A stretch of DNA of 64,000 nucleotides from Heterodontus francisci (GCF_036365525.1 NC_090404.1:11994550-12058549); one strand, 5' to 3'; positions 1 to 11,913 are shown, counted from the first letter of the stretch. Notes: generated by a model from the letters alone, not told the origin. Translations and numbers: made by a program.

Positions 1-1015
1 GGGAGCTCCGGTCTGTTGGGGTGTGTGTAGAATCGCAGGCAGATGTGCAGCGACAATGTGCCGCGCGCTGTCAGGCACTCAAACACACACCGAGAGGAAA
101 CCAAATTAACCTCAGATCAAACTGTCACCCAACTGTTTCCAGGAACGGCCGAGAAATCAAACTGCAGAATCCAATCAGACAGACAGATCCAGCACAGAAA
201 ACATATGTGAGGACCCCAGTTCTAATCCCCAGCCTCAATAATCTGCTGTCATGTCTCAGGATGCTCTCATCTCACTTCCTTGTGTCTCCAGTGGTGCTGT
301 GAGACCAGTCGGTCGTCAGCTGGCTGTCAGTGAATGGAAACACCCCGAGCTGGGCTACAGTCAGAGTTCTGATAGGGAAATGGCTGCACATTTAGAGACC
401 GGGGGTGGGAATGAAACCCTGGCCTGTTAATTATCACCAACCTGCTCAGGATTGTTAATGGCGACAGAAAATATTCCATCATTAAGGAGACACCCTGAAG
501 CACAATGGACATTAGAGGAACTCTGTGTTTTGCGCTTGTTTTAAACATCACAGACACTACCTTGTGAAATCTATTCATTGTGTACAAACTGTCTCTGAGT
601 CAGCAACACGCTCTGATCAAAAAAACCCTGTGAAAAGGCGGCGGTCAAAGACTCTGAGAAACTGATATCCCAATTAATTATTTATTCTCAGGAAACAGCT
701 AATTAAAGAAAAAAGCAACCAGTTAACCGCTGAATTGTGAGTGCATGTGTGTGAAAGGGCGAGTTCAGATAAAATAAGAAGTGATAATTGTTTTTAGACA
801 TAGGTGTATCTTAATAGTGTTTAAGATTTAGTTGAAATAAATAGTTAATTTGTTGTTGTCTAAAGATACCGGCTTTGGTCTATTTTATTCTGGGGGTTAC
901 TAAAGTGTTCACTTTGGGTGTTTTCCGGTTTGGTAGAAAAACCTTACTAATATGCTGCAATCTGTGTAGTGATGGGACTGAACTGACAGTGCATTACTCC
1001 CGCCTCGGTCGTAAT

Positions 1016-1186
1016 ATATTAATTTGGTATCTCGTGTAGGATCAGATTAATTGGGGGTTCGCATTTGGAATTATATTAGTTGCTCATATCTGGGATAACA
1101 TATAAATTGGGGTCTTGCGTCTGGCATCATATTAATTGCTATCGCATCTGGGGCCATATGAATTGGAAACTCGTTTGCTGGGATCC
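1016..1186 (+). repeat. Six degenerate tandem ~28-bp units, each resembling a tRNA-Pro primer-binding site
   Basis: Units start with ATATTAAT-like sequence, then TGGTATCTCGTGTAGGAT, TGGGGGTTCGCATTTGGAAT, TGCTCATATCTGGGAT, TGGGGTCTTGCGTCTGGCAT, TGCTATCGCATCTGGGGC, TGGAAACTCGTTTGCTGGGAT. The canonical tRNA-Pro PBS is TGGGGGCTCGTCCGGGAT. Confidence 0.65.
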
Positions 1187-1261
1187 AAACCTAATGCCAA
1201 TTACGAAAACATAGCAGGAACCAGGTTTCTTGTGTAATAAGGTACAGTCTATGACATCAGA

Positions 1262-2498
1262 ATGGCATTAGCAGTTGCAGCAGTTTTTCTGGGAAAGGAC
1301 AACGTGTCCCTCAATGTCTTCACAATTTTACCTAAGAATAAACGAAAAGAACTGGCTGAAAAATTGGGATTGGAATTGAAATCAGGTGGCAAACTAAGCA
1401 GTAATAATTGACCTAATAGCCCAACATCTAAAATTAGAAGATGAAGAAGAGGAAGAAGATAGTAAGCCAAAGAATAATTCAGTGGAATTGGCTAAGATTC
1501 AGTTAGAAATCAAAAAACTGGAACTTGAACATGAAAAAGAAAAAGTCAAAGCAAAAAGTAAACTTGAGGCTGAAAAAGAATTGCAGAAAATTGAACTTGA
1601 AAAAGAGCAGAGAGGGAAAGAAAGGGAATTTAGGTTAAAAGAGGTGGAACTAAGACAAAGGGGTGGTCTTGACTCCAGGGAAAATTCAGCTTTGGAAGAA
1701 GCTGAATTCAGCGCAGAGCACAAGGAAAAGCTCTTTAAATTTATACAAGCTCTTCCTAAGTTTGAGGAAAGGGACATAGAGGCATTTTTCATATCTTTTG
1801 AAAAAATAACCAAACTGATGGAATGGAAATAGGAAAACTGGAGACTGCTGATGCAAAGCAGGCTGATGGGCAGAGCTCTTGACGTTGAGGCCACGCTTCC
1901 TGAAAAGGCTACTGCAGATTATCAAATGGCAAAAAAGGCCATTCTCGCTGTGTGTGAGTTAGTCCCTGAAGCTTACCGTCAGACGTTTCGGAACTTACGA
2001 AGATTGACTGGGCAGATGTATGTAGAATTTAAGAGAGTGAAGCAAAGTAATTTTGACCATTGGATACGGGCATTAAAGATGGAAACCACAGATGAGAACC
2101 TTCGAGAATGGATTCTCTTGGAAAAGTTTAAAAACTGTATTCCTTCAGTAGTGACAACTGATGTAGCTCAGATGAAAGTTTTGAAAGCTAGGCAAGCAGT
2201 GGAAGTTAATGATTTTGAGCTTGTGAATAAGCCAAAACCTTTTGTCCATCACCCCCATAAACACGAGAAGGATAGAAGGTGGGAGAGTGAAAGGAAGGCA
2301 AGTAGCCTGGGACAAGAAGGAACAGCTTTGAATGCCCCAGGATCACCTCCACAGGCCCGAAAGGAAGGTTCTGAGGGTAGAAGTGAGGTTTGCATGCTGA
2401 AGTGGTATCATTGCCACAAAACGGGTCATCTTCGTTCAGAGTGCTGGAAATTGCAAGGTAAACCCATAGGACTTGCAAAGCTAATGCAGAGGAAATGA
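1262..2498 (+). pseudogene. gag remnant (coiled coil, SCAN/capsid-like region, CCHC knuckle) with stops and frameshifts
   Basis: MALAVAAVFLGKDN... at 1262. ORFs 1482-1832 and 1851-2498 contain LPKFEERDIEAFFISFEK, ELVPEAYRQTFRNL and the knuckle YHCHKTGHLRSEC. Confidence 0.85.
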
Positions 2499-2617
2499 CT
2501 CTGACTAAGAGGACAGAAGACCAGGCTATTGCTTTAATGGCAGCTGTAAAACGAGATACAAAAACTAAAGTGAGTGTAGAGGTTAAGGATAAGATACCCG
2601 AAAGTTATAATTAATTT

Positions 2618-5203
2618 TTGGCAAAGGGGAAAGTAACTCCATTTCCTTTAAATGAGATGGGAAAACTTATCATTATGCTCAGGGATACAGCAGCAACCCA
2701 AACACTCTCGCTGGCGAAAGATATAACGTTTCCACATGACAGGGCTTTGAACGCTAAAAGTTCAGTTAATGGAGTTGGCGGGGAGTATATACACCCGTAC
2801 CTTTATATAAAGAACGCTGAGAGACTGCCTTAATATCTGGGATGGTAACTGCAGCAGTTGTCCACAGTTTTCCAGTGCAGGGAATTGATCTACTCCTCGG
2901 AAATGATCTGGCTGGATAAAAAGCATCAGTTTCTCTAATAATTACAGAGAAACCAAGTGTAGTTAGGTAAATGGAACAATTACAGGGGCAAGTTTCAGGA
3001 ATATTTCCTGCATGTGTAGTCACCCGAGCAATGACTAAAAAGGATCCATTGTCGGAGGTAAAAGTGGCAGCACAAACAGATAGCCAAGTAGAAGAAACTT
3101 TATTTGGGGATTGAGATAATCCAAATGAGATGTTCATTAAACCTCTATAATTGCAGCACAGCAAGCCGATCCAGAGATATACAGAATAGCACAGACGGCT
3201 CTGACAGAAGCTGAGGCGAAAGGAGTTCCAGAAGGCTATTATATGGCAAGCAGGGTTTTGAGGAGTACTTGGAGAACGCCTCATAGACCTGCAGTCGAAG
3301 ACTGGACAGTTGTTCAACAGATGACAAATATCACCACAGATTATGAAAGTTAGCACATGACGTTCCTTTTTCAGGACAGGGAGGAATTTGGAATACTAAA
3401 TCACGTATAAACTAACATTATTACTGTCTAGACCTTGCAAAGGACGTAAAGCAGTTTTGTGTGGCTCAGAAACACCTAAAACACCCGAAGCCGATATGGA
3501 AAAGTGGGGAGACAAGAATGCAAAAACCCGCAATTTTCAACCAGGGGATGAAGTATTGGTACTGTTACCGATACAGGGGGAAACCATTAAACGCACGGTT
3601 CAATGGCCCATTTAGAGTGAACAAAAGAGTGGGAAGGTAAATTACTTGATTGACACCCCTGATCTCCGGAAGAAGAACTGGTTGTGTCACATCAATATAT
3701 TAAAGCAATATTATCGCAGGGAGGAAGATAAGATGTACAGATATGTCAGGTAATTGCGGATGTTGCGAAAGAAAAGGATAGTCAGGATGAGACAGAAGGA
3801 GGCATAGACAATTTTCAGTTTGAACCTCCAACTATCAGATTGGCGAATACAGAATGGCTAGGATAATTGGACAAAATACTTTTGCACTTAGAGACAAAAC
3901 AACGTGAAGACTTAACCAGGCTTTTCACAACATTTAAAAAAGTCTGTCGGGATAAGCCAGGATATCCAACCTTAGACACACATGATGTGGATATAAGGGG
4001 AACAATTCCTTTAAAATAACATGCTTACCACTTAAGTCCGGACAAAAGGCTCAAGTAAAAGCAAAAGTCCAATACATGCTGGAAAACAATTTGATTGAAC
4101 CTAGTCAAAGCAGCTGGAGTTCACCAATAGTTCTAGTACCTAAACCTGATGAGTCAACCCGATTTTGTAAAGACTACAGAAAAGTCAATGCAGTAACAAA
4201 GACAGTCTTCTACCCAATTCCGCATTTAGAAGACTGTATCAACAGAGTGGGCAGTGCTAGGTTTTAAAAAAATGAAGATTGGCTTGTTATTAGCAAGTTC
4301 CTTTGACTCGTCGAGCCAAAGATTTAGCAGCTTTTGTAACACCTGACAGTCTTTATCAATGCCGGGTGATGCCATTCAGGTTAAAAAATGCTCCAGCCAC
4401 TTTTCAAAGATTAATGAATCGAGTGTTCCCAATTGTGTAGTATATCTCGATGACGTACTAATATACTTGGCAAGAACACTTAAACCAGCTAAAAATTCTA
4501 TTTAAAAAGTTGCAAGCAGTGGGCTTAGGGATAAATCTGGGAAAAAGCAAATTCAGAAAAGCAAGAGTAACTTACCTGGGACACAGCGGGGCAAGGACAA
4601 GTATTGCCAAAAATGGCCTTAGTAGAGTTCCCTATCCCTACATCTAAACGGGAAATAATGAGGTTTTCAGGGATGTGCAGCTTCTACAGGAAATTTGTAC
4701 TGAATTTTATTCCTGTGGCTGCTCCATTAACCGATTTGCTACAAAAAATATACACAAAGTAGTATGGTCAGATGAATGCCAGGCAGCTTTTGAAAAGCTA
4801 AAGGCAATCTTAACTAATGAACGAGTGTTGGCTGCTCCACATTTTGCTAAATACTTTAAAGTGGCGATTGATGTTAGCAACCTGGGGTTGGTGCAGTCTT
4901 ATTCCAGGATGACGAATTGGGCATGGAGAAGAAAGTCGGGAACTTTTCAAGAAAACTACATTGCATTCAAAAAAGTATCCCACTGTTGGACTTTAGCTGG
5001 CACTCAAACATTTTGAAGTAGATGTCCACCAAGACTATAATGAAACAATATATACTGACCATAACCCATTAACGTTTGTGGAAAATTTTAAAATCGAAAT
5101 GCTAGAATGTTTAGGTGAAGTTTATTGTTACAGCCTTATCATTTGAAAATTGTACATATTTCGGGGAAAAACAGTTATCGCCGACGCTTTGTCACGAATT
5201 TAA
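2618..5203 (+). pseudogene. pol remnant: protease, partly deleted integrase, reverse transcriptase, RNase H
   Basis: Protease-like IIMLRDTAATQT (~2670-2705). Integrase C-terminal FQPGDEVLVLLP and GPF (~3535-3615). RT IEPSQSSWSSPIVLVPKPD...DYRKVNAVT (ORF 4076-4267) and YLDD (~4443-4454). RNase H YTDHNPL and ADALSRI* ending 5203. Confidence 0.88.
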
Positions 5204-5559
5204 CCATGTTAAGTTATATGGATGGCGATGGTACAAAGAAAATGCTGTAAATTATCAGTAGAGTGAATGGGTGCATGAATGTGGAAAATGTTAGAGTGTT
5301 TTTTTTTCCAGTTTCAGTTTTCTTTTGGATTGTAATGAAACGCATTTTTAAGAATGACGTTTCATTTCACCAAGGGCGGAAGTGTCACGGAACTGTATTT
5401 ATTATCTCCTCGGACTAAAACAGTGTGTGCCTTTAAGACTCTGTTTAAAAACATTGTGCCTCTGAAAAAACGAACAGGCACAGTGTGCCAGCAGCTGCAC
5501 CTGTCGCTAGGCCATAGCAGGAGAGAGAGGTCACATGGTGCACTGTAACAATTTGACTT

Positions 5560-6130
5560 TGTGCGGGGCTCACTCGCTTTCACAACTCCATTGATCAAAT
5601 CCTTATCCATTGAAAGCAGACAGGCACTGAGCTAATAGGCCGTTGATGGCCTCACCCACCTTCATAGGCAAAAATCTCAGTTCTCAAACCATTGAGACCT
5701 GGCAGATACTGAGATGACCCATTGTGAGAGGCATCGATCACCTGCAAAAGTACATTCCTCAGGTCTTTCACGATTGAGTATAATTTTACCCAGCAAATCT
5801 GTGCTTTGACAAAATTTCTTGTTAGCTCTATTTATCCCCATCCGGCCTATTTTATTTTGCTGCGTTCGCCCCATCTTCCCCATTTACTTCACACCCCCAG
5901 ACTCTCCCGTTGCCATGAACAGTTGGGGAACATCTTTGGAAAGCGAAATTGAAAAACAAAACCAGAGTGTTAACAGGAAAAATCAAACAGCAGGTTAAAA
6001 TAAAACAGTTATACATATGAAAAGAAGATCTGTTCAATGTCTCTCTGCAGGTGAGCGCGAATTCCCTCAGTGGATCAGCTCAGTGCCTCTCTGAACTCAA
6101 TGGCTAAAATATGATACCCAGTGAGCAGCC
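5560..6130. repeat. Diverged ~81-bp repeat family, present in both orientations (5560-5780 and inverted 6030-6130)
   Basis: Units resemble AGACAGGCACTGAG..GATCC..GCCTCACTCACCTGCA..CATTGCTCAGATC..AACCATTGAG. The same family occurs at 16660-16745 and 17185-17670. Confidence 0.55.
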
Positions 6131-6479
6131 TTTTTACTCAGATCCCAGAGGTAGAAGCCTCAGACTGGTCCGGGAAGGAAACATTCGGGACACTGGCACT
6201 TGTCATAAGCTCCCACCCCGCTCCCCCTCCCCCACCCCCCCAACCGCCATAACCACCATGGATAAAGACAAGTGCTCTTGGACTCTTCCGCACCTGGAGC
6301 AAGTAGTCTGAGACACAGAAATCTCTTGTATGGTAGGTGAGGGGCTCTGGATTGGGCGGGGGAGGGGGCGGGGCGGAGCGTTTTGTGTGACTAGCCTCTG
6401 CTTTATGAGGGGAATTTAGGGTCAGATTGACATCTGTCTGTGTATCTTTAAACTCTGTCTCACTGCACCGGTATTCATA

Positions 6480-7665
6480 ATGTACTGCAGAATATAAACA
6501 GAGGCAGCTCTGGTGAAGTAATAACTGAGATAGGGCCGAGAGTGGTAGAAAGGAGAAAAGATCTAATGCAATATAACAGAGGCATGACCTAGTTTAGTCA
6601 TAACAAAAATAATCCTTAATATAGCATAAACAGATGCAGGTCTAATGCAGAAATTACTGAGACAGGCCTTACTATACTATAAGCAGATACTGGGTCTAGT
6701 GTAAAATAAGCAGCCAAATGGTCCAGTGCAGTCATAACTGAAACAGGGTCTATTGTAATGTAAGGAGCGACAGAGTCAACTGTATGATGAACAGAGACAT
6801 GGTCTTGTGCAGTAATAAGTGAGATTGGGCCAAGTGTAATAGGAACAGGGCAATGATCTGGTGCAGTATACCTGAGGCAGGGTCCAGTGTAATATAAACA
6901 GAGACAGGGTCTGGTGCAATATAAACAGAGACAGAGGCTAGAGCAATATAAACAGAGACAGGGTCCAGTGTAATATAAACAGGGGCCGGGTCCAGTGTAA
7001 TATCAACAGAGACAGGGTCTCGTGTAATATAAACAAGACAGGGTCTAGTGTAATATAAACAGAGACAGGGTCTAGTGTAATATAAACAGGGACAGAGGCT
7101 AGAGCAATATAAACAGAGACCGGGTCTGGTGTAATATAAACAGAGACAGGGTCTCGTGTAATATAAACAGAGGCAGGGTCTAGTGTAATATAAACAGAGA
7201 CAGGGTCCAGTGTAATATAAACAGAGACAGGGTCTGGTGTAATATAAACAGAGACTGGGTCTAGTGTAATATAAACAGAGACTGGGTCTAGTGTAATATA
7301 AACAGAGACAGAGGCTAGAGCAATATAAACAGAGACAGGGTCTAGTGTAATATAAACAGGGACAGAGGCTAGAGCAAAATAAACAGAGACAGGGTCTGGT
7401 GTAATATAAACAGAGACAGGGTCTAGTGTAATATAAACAGGGGCCGGGTCTAATGTAATATAAACAGAGACAGGGTCTAGTGTAATATAAACAGGGACAG
7501 AGGCTAGAGCAATATAAACAGAGACAGGGTCCAGTGTAATATAAACAGAGACAGGGTCCAGTGTAATATAAACAGAGACAGGGTCTAGTGTAATATAAAC
7601 AGAGACAGGGTCCAGTGTAATATAAACAGGGTCCTGGTCTAGAGTAATATAAACAGAGACAGAGT
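6480..7665. repeat. 27-bp minisatellite (GTGTAATATAAACAGAGACAGGGTCTA)n; near-perfect 6880-7665, degenerate 5' part
   Basis: Directly visible tandem units. They generate the spurious CLCLYYTRP-repeat ORF 6750-7697. Confidence 0.97.
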
Positions 7666-7667
7666 GT

Positions 7668-7837
7668 CTTCTTTGGCCTCCTTATCTCGAGAGACAATGG
7701 GTAAGCGCCTGCAGGAGGTCAGTGGTGTGTGGAGCAGAGCCTGGAGTGGCTATAAAGGCCAATTCTAGTGTGACAGACTCTTCCACAGGTGCTGCAGAAA
7801 AATTTGTTTGTCTCTCAAGACAAGGAGGCCAAAGCAG
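7668..7837 (-). mobile_element. 3' end of an RTE-clade LINE with an inverted copy of its 3' tail
   Basis: Minus strand encodes FCSTCGRVCHTRIGLYSHSRLC*, the RTE C-terminal CxxC...RIGLxSH motif, and ends in ...GAGATAAGGAGGCCAAAGAAG. 7808-7837 is an inverted copy of 7668-7697 (27/30). Confidence 0.8.
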
Positions 7838-8232
7838 AATAGTTAGGATCTTCGCACCAGGCTGATTTCTGTCTACATTGTAGATTTATATTTTAATGCA
7901 AAAATTATTATTATTTGTTAATTCGCAGTGAGTTATATCGGAAGTAGCAGCGCACGAATATAACTAGTTCCGGGCCACCTGTTGGAGTTTATATTATCAA
8001 TGTGAATGGTGAATTCCCAGAGATACACAAATAAACAACAGACAATTCTGCCCTCACACAGTTAATGTGACAATCAGACTGAATCAGTGATCGATGTGAA
8101 TGATTTTTGATGGTGTTTATGTGGATTGTGCTCGGGTTCTGCCCGCACAGGAATGTATTCACTTGTCAGTGTGTGATCCGCTGTTATAAACAGCCCTCAG
8201 CAGACAGCAGCTGTGATCCAGAAACCTGCGGC

Positions 8233-8271
8233 AGTTATTGTACGAGGCTGTAGCTCGTTCCCATCACTGAG
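8233..8271 (-). other. 23-RSS of TCR V pseudogene 1 (heptamer mutated)
   Basis: Minus strand reads CTCAGTG, 23-nt spacer ATGGGAACGAGCTACAGCCTCGT, nonamer ACAATAACT. Confidence 0.88.
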
Positions 8272-9301
8272 AGACTCAGTGCACAGTAACAGACCGCGGT
8301 GTCAGACGGCCGCAGCTCCGAGATGGTCAATCGGTACAACTTGTCTGAATGCTGGACTGTATCAGAAAATTGGTTGTGAGCGAAATCCGCCTCAAATTCA
8401 GCGCGGCTCTTGTCCCTCCGGACTGAAAACTCGGGCTGTCTGCCTGGGTGTTGTTGGTACCAGAATAAGTAATAACCATCGTCGGGACAGATGCAGGTTA
8501 AAGTGACATCTTCTCCCTCTGTCTGTGTGAGCGAGGACTCCCGCTGACTGACAGAATCTCCATCTCTCAGATCTGGAACACACGGTTAAAGAAAGGGGAA
8601 ATCACCGATTAAAAGTTCAAAATAGACCGAACTGACGGTGAAAATTCTGTCAGTGTTTCATAAATTTAAATAGAATTTAAAGCATAGGTCATTCGGCCCA
8701 ACTGGTCCATGCCAGGGTTCCCACTCCCCACGAGCATGCTCCACCCCTCTTCATCTCACTCTAATAGCATATCCTTCCACCCCTTTCTCTCTCATCTGTT
8801 TATCTAGCTTCCCCTAAAATACATCTCTGCTATTCACCATTCTCTGGATGAAGAAGTTTGAATTCCCGAGTGGATCTTTTGGCGATTCTAATATTTACGA
8901 CCCATTGTTTTGGTATCCTCTTCAAGTGGAAACATCTTCTCTAGTTCTACCTATTGAATACCTTGATAATTTTAAAGACATCAATCTGATTGCCCTCAGT
9001 CTTCTCTTTACGAGAGGAAAGAGCCTCAGCTGGTATAGTGTTTTCTGATAGCTCTTATTTCTCAATTCTGGCATCATCCTTGTGAATCGTTTTTTGCATT
9101 TTTTCCCTACATCCTTGTTGTCATATGGCGACCAGAGCTGCTCACAATACTCCAATTGTGGTCTGACCAAGTTCCACACAATTTACCATGAACTCTGTTT
9201 TTTCAAATTTATTTCTGTCGAAATTAATCCCTTTTTAAAGTTTGGAATTTCTTATCGACAACGAATGTCACCCAGAGCCCAGCGAGAAGAGGGAGCCGTA
9301 T
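8272..9301 (-). pseudogene. T-cell receptor V-alpha/delta-type segment 1 (V exon 8272-8572, decayed leader 9256-9301)
   Basis: After the acceptor ...gtgtgttccag, the exon is open: (D)LRDGDSVSQRESSLTQTEGEDVTLTCICPDDGYYLFWYQQHPGRQPEFSVRRDKSRAEFEADFAHNQFSDTVQHSDKLYRLTISELRPSDTAVCYCALS. DSVxQ, YLFWYxQ, DFA..xFS and CAL are TCR alpha/delta V features. The leader (I)RLPLLAGLWVTFVV has ATA in place of ATG and G|ATAAG in place of G|GTAAG. The intron carries a CR1 insert. Confidence 0.88.
8670..9230 (-). mobile_element. CR1-clade LINE 3' fragment inside the leader intron of TCR V1
   Basis: ORF 8922-9179 LVRPQLEYCEQLWSPY...RFTRMMPEL, plus a CR1 3' tail. Confidence 0.85.
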
Positions 9302-9376
9302 TGCTGCTGCTGCGGAATTCGAGGGACTTTCGACCTCTCAGAAATCTGGAGAACATGAAAAGAGCTGAGGCTGGTC

Positions 9377-9459
9377 TGACGTCACTTCCTGAAGAGCCTC
9401 AAATGGAGAAAGCTGAGAGGATTGACTCTGACTGGTCTGATGTCACTTCTTTAACCACA
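9377..9459 (-). promoter_or_regulatory. TCR V promoter elements: two CRE-like decamers with Ets and Runx sites
   Basis: Minus strand AGTGACGTCA (9377-9386) and AGTGACATCA (9438-9447) match the TCR V promoter decamer AGTGAYRTCA. Ets core ACTTCCT 9384-9390 and Runx AACCACA 9453-9459. These lie ~75-160 bp upstream of the leader. Confidence 0.7.
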
Positions 9460-9813
9460 AGTCCTTGTTTATTTTAGAGAACTGAGACAGTAAATTCGCA
9501 TTCTGCTCATCAGAGAGAAAGATTAATAAACGTGAACAGATGGATCTCCAGTTGACCAGAGACAGAATGATCTCGAATTGATCTGAGAGGAGCTTGATGT
9601 TCAGTTGATCTGAGAGACAGTTTGATCTCCAATTGATCAGAGAGAAAGTTTTGTCTTTGCTTGACCTGAGGGAAGCCCTGTCAAGAAACAAAGACTGGTG
9701 TTGAATGCAGATAAAGATGTTCAGTTTATTTCACTATCACTAATCAGACCTATCTGGTTGACGGGGATCGGGTTTGTTTACTCCTCTGCTGAAGACACAC
9801 AAGGGGAAGATTT

Positions 9814-11622
9814 CAAAGAACAAAGAACAAAAAACAGTACAGCACAGGAACAGGCCATTCGGCCCTCCAAACCTGCGCCGATCTTGATGCCTGCCTAAAC
9901 TAACACCATCTGCACTTTCGGGGCCCATATCCCTCCATTCCCTTCCCATTCATATATTTGTCAAGATGTCTCTTAAACGTCACTACCGTATCTGCTTCCA
10001 CCACCTCCCCTGGCAGCAAGTTCCAGGCACTCACCACCTTCTGTGTAAAAAACTTGCCTCGCACATCCCCTCTAAACTTTGCCCCTCGCACCTTTTAGCT
10101 ATGTCCCCGAGTAACTGACTCCTCCACCCTGGGAAAAAGCTTCTGACTATCCACTCTGTCCATGCCGCTCATAACTTTGTAAACCTCTATCATGTCGCCC
10201 CTCCACCTCCGTCGTTCCAGTGAAAACAATCCGAGTTTATCCAACCTCTCCTCATAGCTAATGCCCTCCAGACCAGGCAACATCCTGATAAACCTCCTCT
10301 GCACCCTCTCCAAAGCCTCCACGTCCTTCTGGTAGTGTGGCGACCAGAATTGCACGCAATATTCTAAGTGTGGCCTAACTAAGGTTCTGTACAGCTGCAA
10401 CATGACTTGCCAATTTTTATACTCTATGCCCCGACCGATGAACGCAAGCATGCCGTATGCCTTCTTGACTACTTTATCCACCTGCGTTGCCACTTTCAGT
10501 GACCTGTGGACCTGTATGCCCAGATCTCTCTGCCTGTCAATTCTCCTAAGGGTTCTGCCATTTACTGTATACCTTCCACCTGCATTAGACCTTCCAAAAT
10601 GCATTACCTCACATTTGTCCGGATTAAACTCCATCTGCCATTTCTCTGCCCAAGTCTCCAACCGATCTATATCCTGCTGTATCCTCTGACAATCCTCATC
10701 ATTATCCGCAACTCCACCAACCTCTGTGTCATCCGCAAACTTACTAATCAGACCAGCTACATTTTCCTCCAAATCATTTATATATATTACAAAGAGTAAA
10801 GGTCCCAGCGTTGATCCCTGCGGAACACCACTAGTCACATCCCTCCATTCAGAAAAACACCCATCTACTGTTACCCTCTGTCTTTTGTGACTGAGCCAGT
10901 TCTGTATCCATCTTGCCAGCTCACCTCTGATCCCGTGTGACTTCACCTTTTGCACCGGTCTGCCATGCGGGACCTTGTCAAAGGCTTTACTAAAGTCCAT
11001 ATGGACAACATCCACCTCATCAATCATCTTCGTCAATTCCTCAAAAAACGCAATTAAATTAGTAAGACACGACCTCCCCTTCACAAAACCATGCTGTCTC
11101 CCGCTAATAAGTTCGTTTGTTTCCAAATGGGAGTAAATCCTGTCCCGAAGAATCCTCTCTAATAATTTCCCGACCACTGACGTAAGGCTCACCGGCATAT
11201 AATTTCCTGAATTATCCTTATCACCCTTCTTAAACAAAGGAACAACATTGGCTATTCTCCAGTCCTCTGCGACCTCACCTATAGCCAATGAGGATGCAAA
11301 GATTTCTGTCAAGGCCCCAGCAATTTCTTCCCTTGCCTCCTTCAGTATTCTGGGGTAGATCCCATCAGGCCCTGGGGACTTATCTACCTTAATGCTTTGC
11401 AAGACACCCAACACCTCCTCCTTTTTGATAATGAGATGACTAAGACTATCTGCACTCCCTTCCCTAGGCTCATCATCCACCAAGTCCTCCTCCTTGGTGA
11501 ATACGGATGCAAAGTACTCATTTAGCACCTCACCCATTTCCTCTGGCTCCACGCATAGATTCCCATCTCTGTCCTTGAGTGGGCCAACCCTTTCCCTGGT
11601 TACCCTGTTGCTCTTTATATAT
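9814..11622 (-). mobile_element. 5'-truncated CR1-clade LINE (HER1-like) with largely intact RT
   Basis: ORF 10095-11681 (528 aa) contains KSPGPDGI, QHGFVKGRSC, SGVPQGS, FADD and LVRPHLEYCVQFWSP. Tandem 3' tail near 9814. Confidence 0.95.
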
Positions 11623-11913
11623 GTATATTTCCTCTGGTGTCTCTGTGATCGTGACATATCAAACAGAACAGGAAAATGCATGGACAGTGAACTGGAGAAA
11701 CTTGCAATTTAACCCCCAATACCCGCTATGTTGGCCTGGTTTTCGCCTGTCGATTCCTCATTATAGAGTGAATGAAATCTGAAATCTGACTCCTCTATTC
11801 AGAGCTGATGGGAGCTGCCTTGCGGGAACATTCTGTCCGGAGAATAACCTACCTGTTCAGAGTATCACAGAGCCGGCAGCCACACACTGTTCAAGTTACA
11901 CACAGTGTGCTGA

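Larger units (their letters stand above)
735..5560 (+). mobile_element. Decayed Ty3/Gypsy LTR retrotransposon, Gmr1-like domain order (gag-PR-IN-RT-RNaseH), both LTRs truncated
   Basis: LTR-like end at ~1015 (..GGTCGTAATA), then PBS-like units, gag and pol remnants. Polypurine tract ~5372-5382 is followed by TGTCACGG at 5383 (3' LTR start). Integrase remnants lie before RT, the hallmark of Gmr1-like elements. Confidence 0.88.

Noticed and set aside
1-260. Minus-strand peptide RGTLSLHICLRFYTHPNRPELP, faintly like an MHC class I alpha1 start
   Set aside because: Too short, cut by the window edge, and no convincing splice acceptor or leader in frame.
1016-1186. CRISPR-like repeat/spacer appearance
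   Set aside because: Vertebrate DNA, no cas genes, and the variable parts are homologous to one another rather than unique spacers.
6750-7697. 315-aa Cys/Tyr-rich ORF (CLCLYYTRP)n
   Set aside because: It is the translation of a 27-bp satellite that happens to lack stops on one strand; no other sign of a gene.
8272-8572. TCR V1 as a NARTCR-supporting V-delta because of the extra Cys in LTCICP
   Set aside because: Supporting V-delta segments are leaderless and follow a NARTCR V-D-J. Here a decayed leader and promoter exist, no NARTCR V is visible upstream, and the Cys is most simply a TAT-to-TGT change like that in CYC.
11901-11907. Perfect CACAGTG heptamer beside the V2 nonamer
   Set aside because: No nonamer at 12 or 23 nt on the appropriate side.
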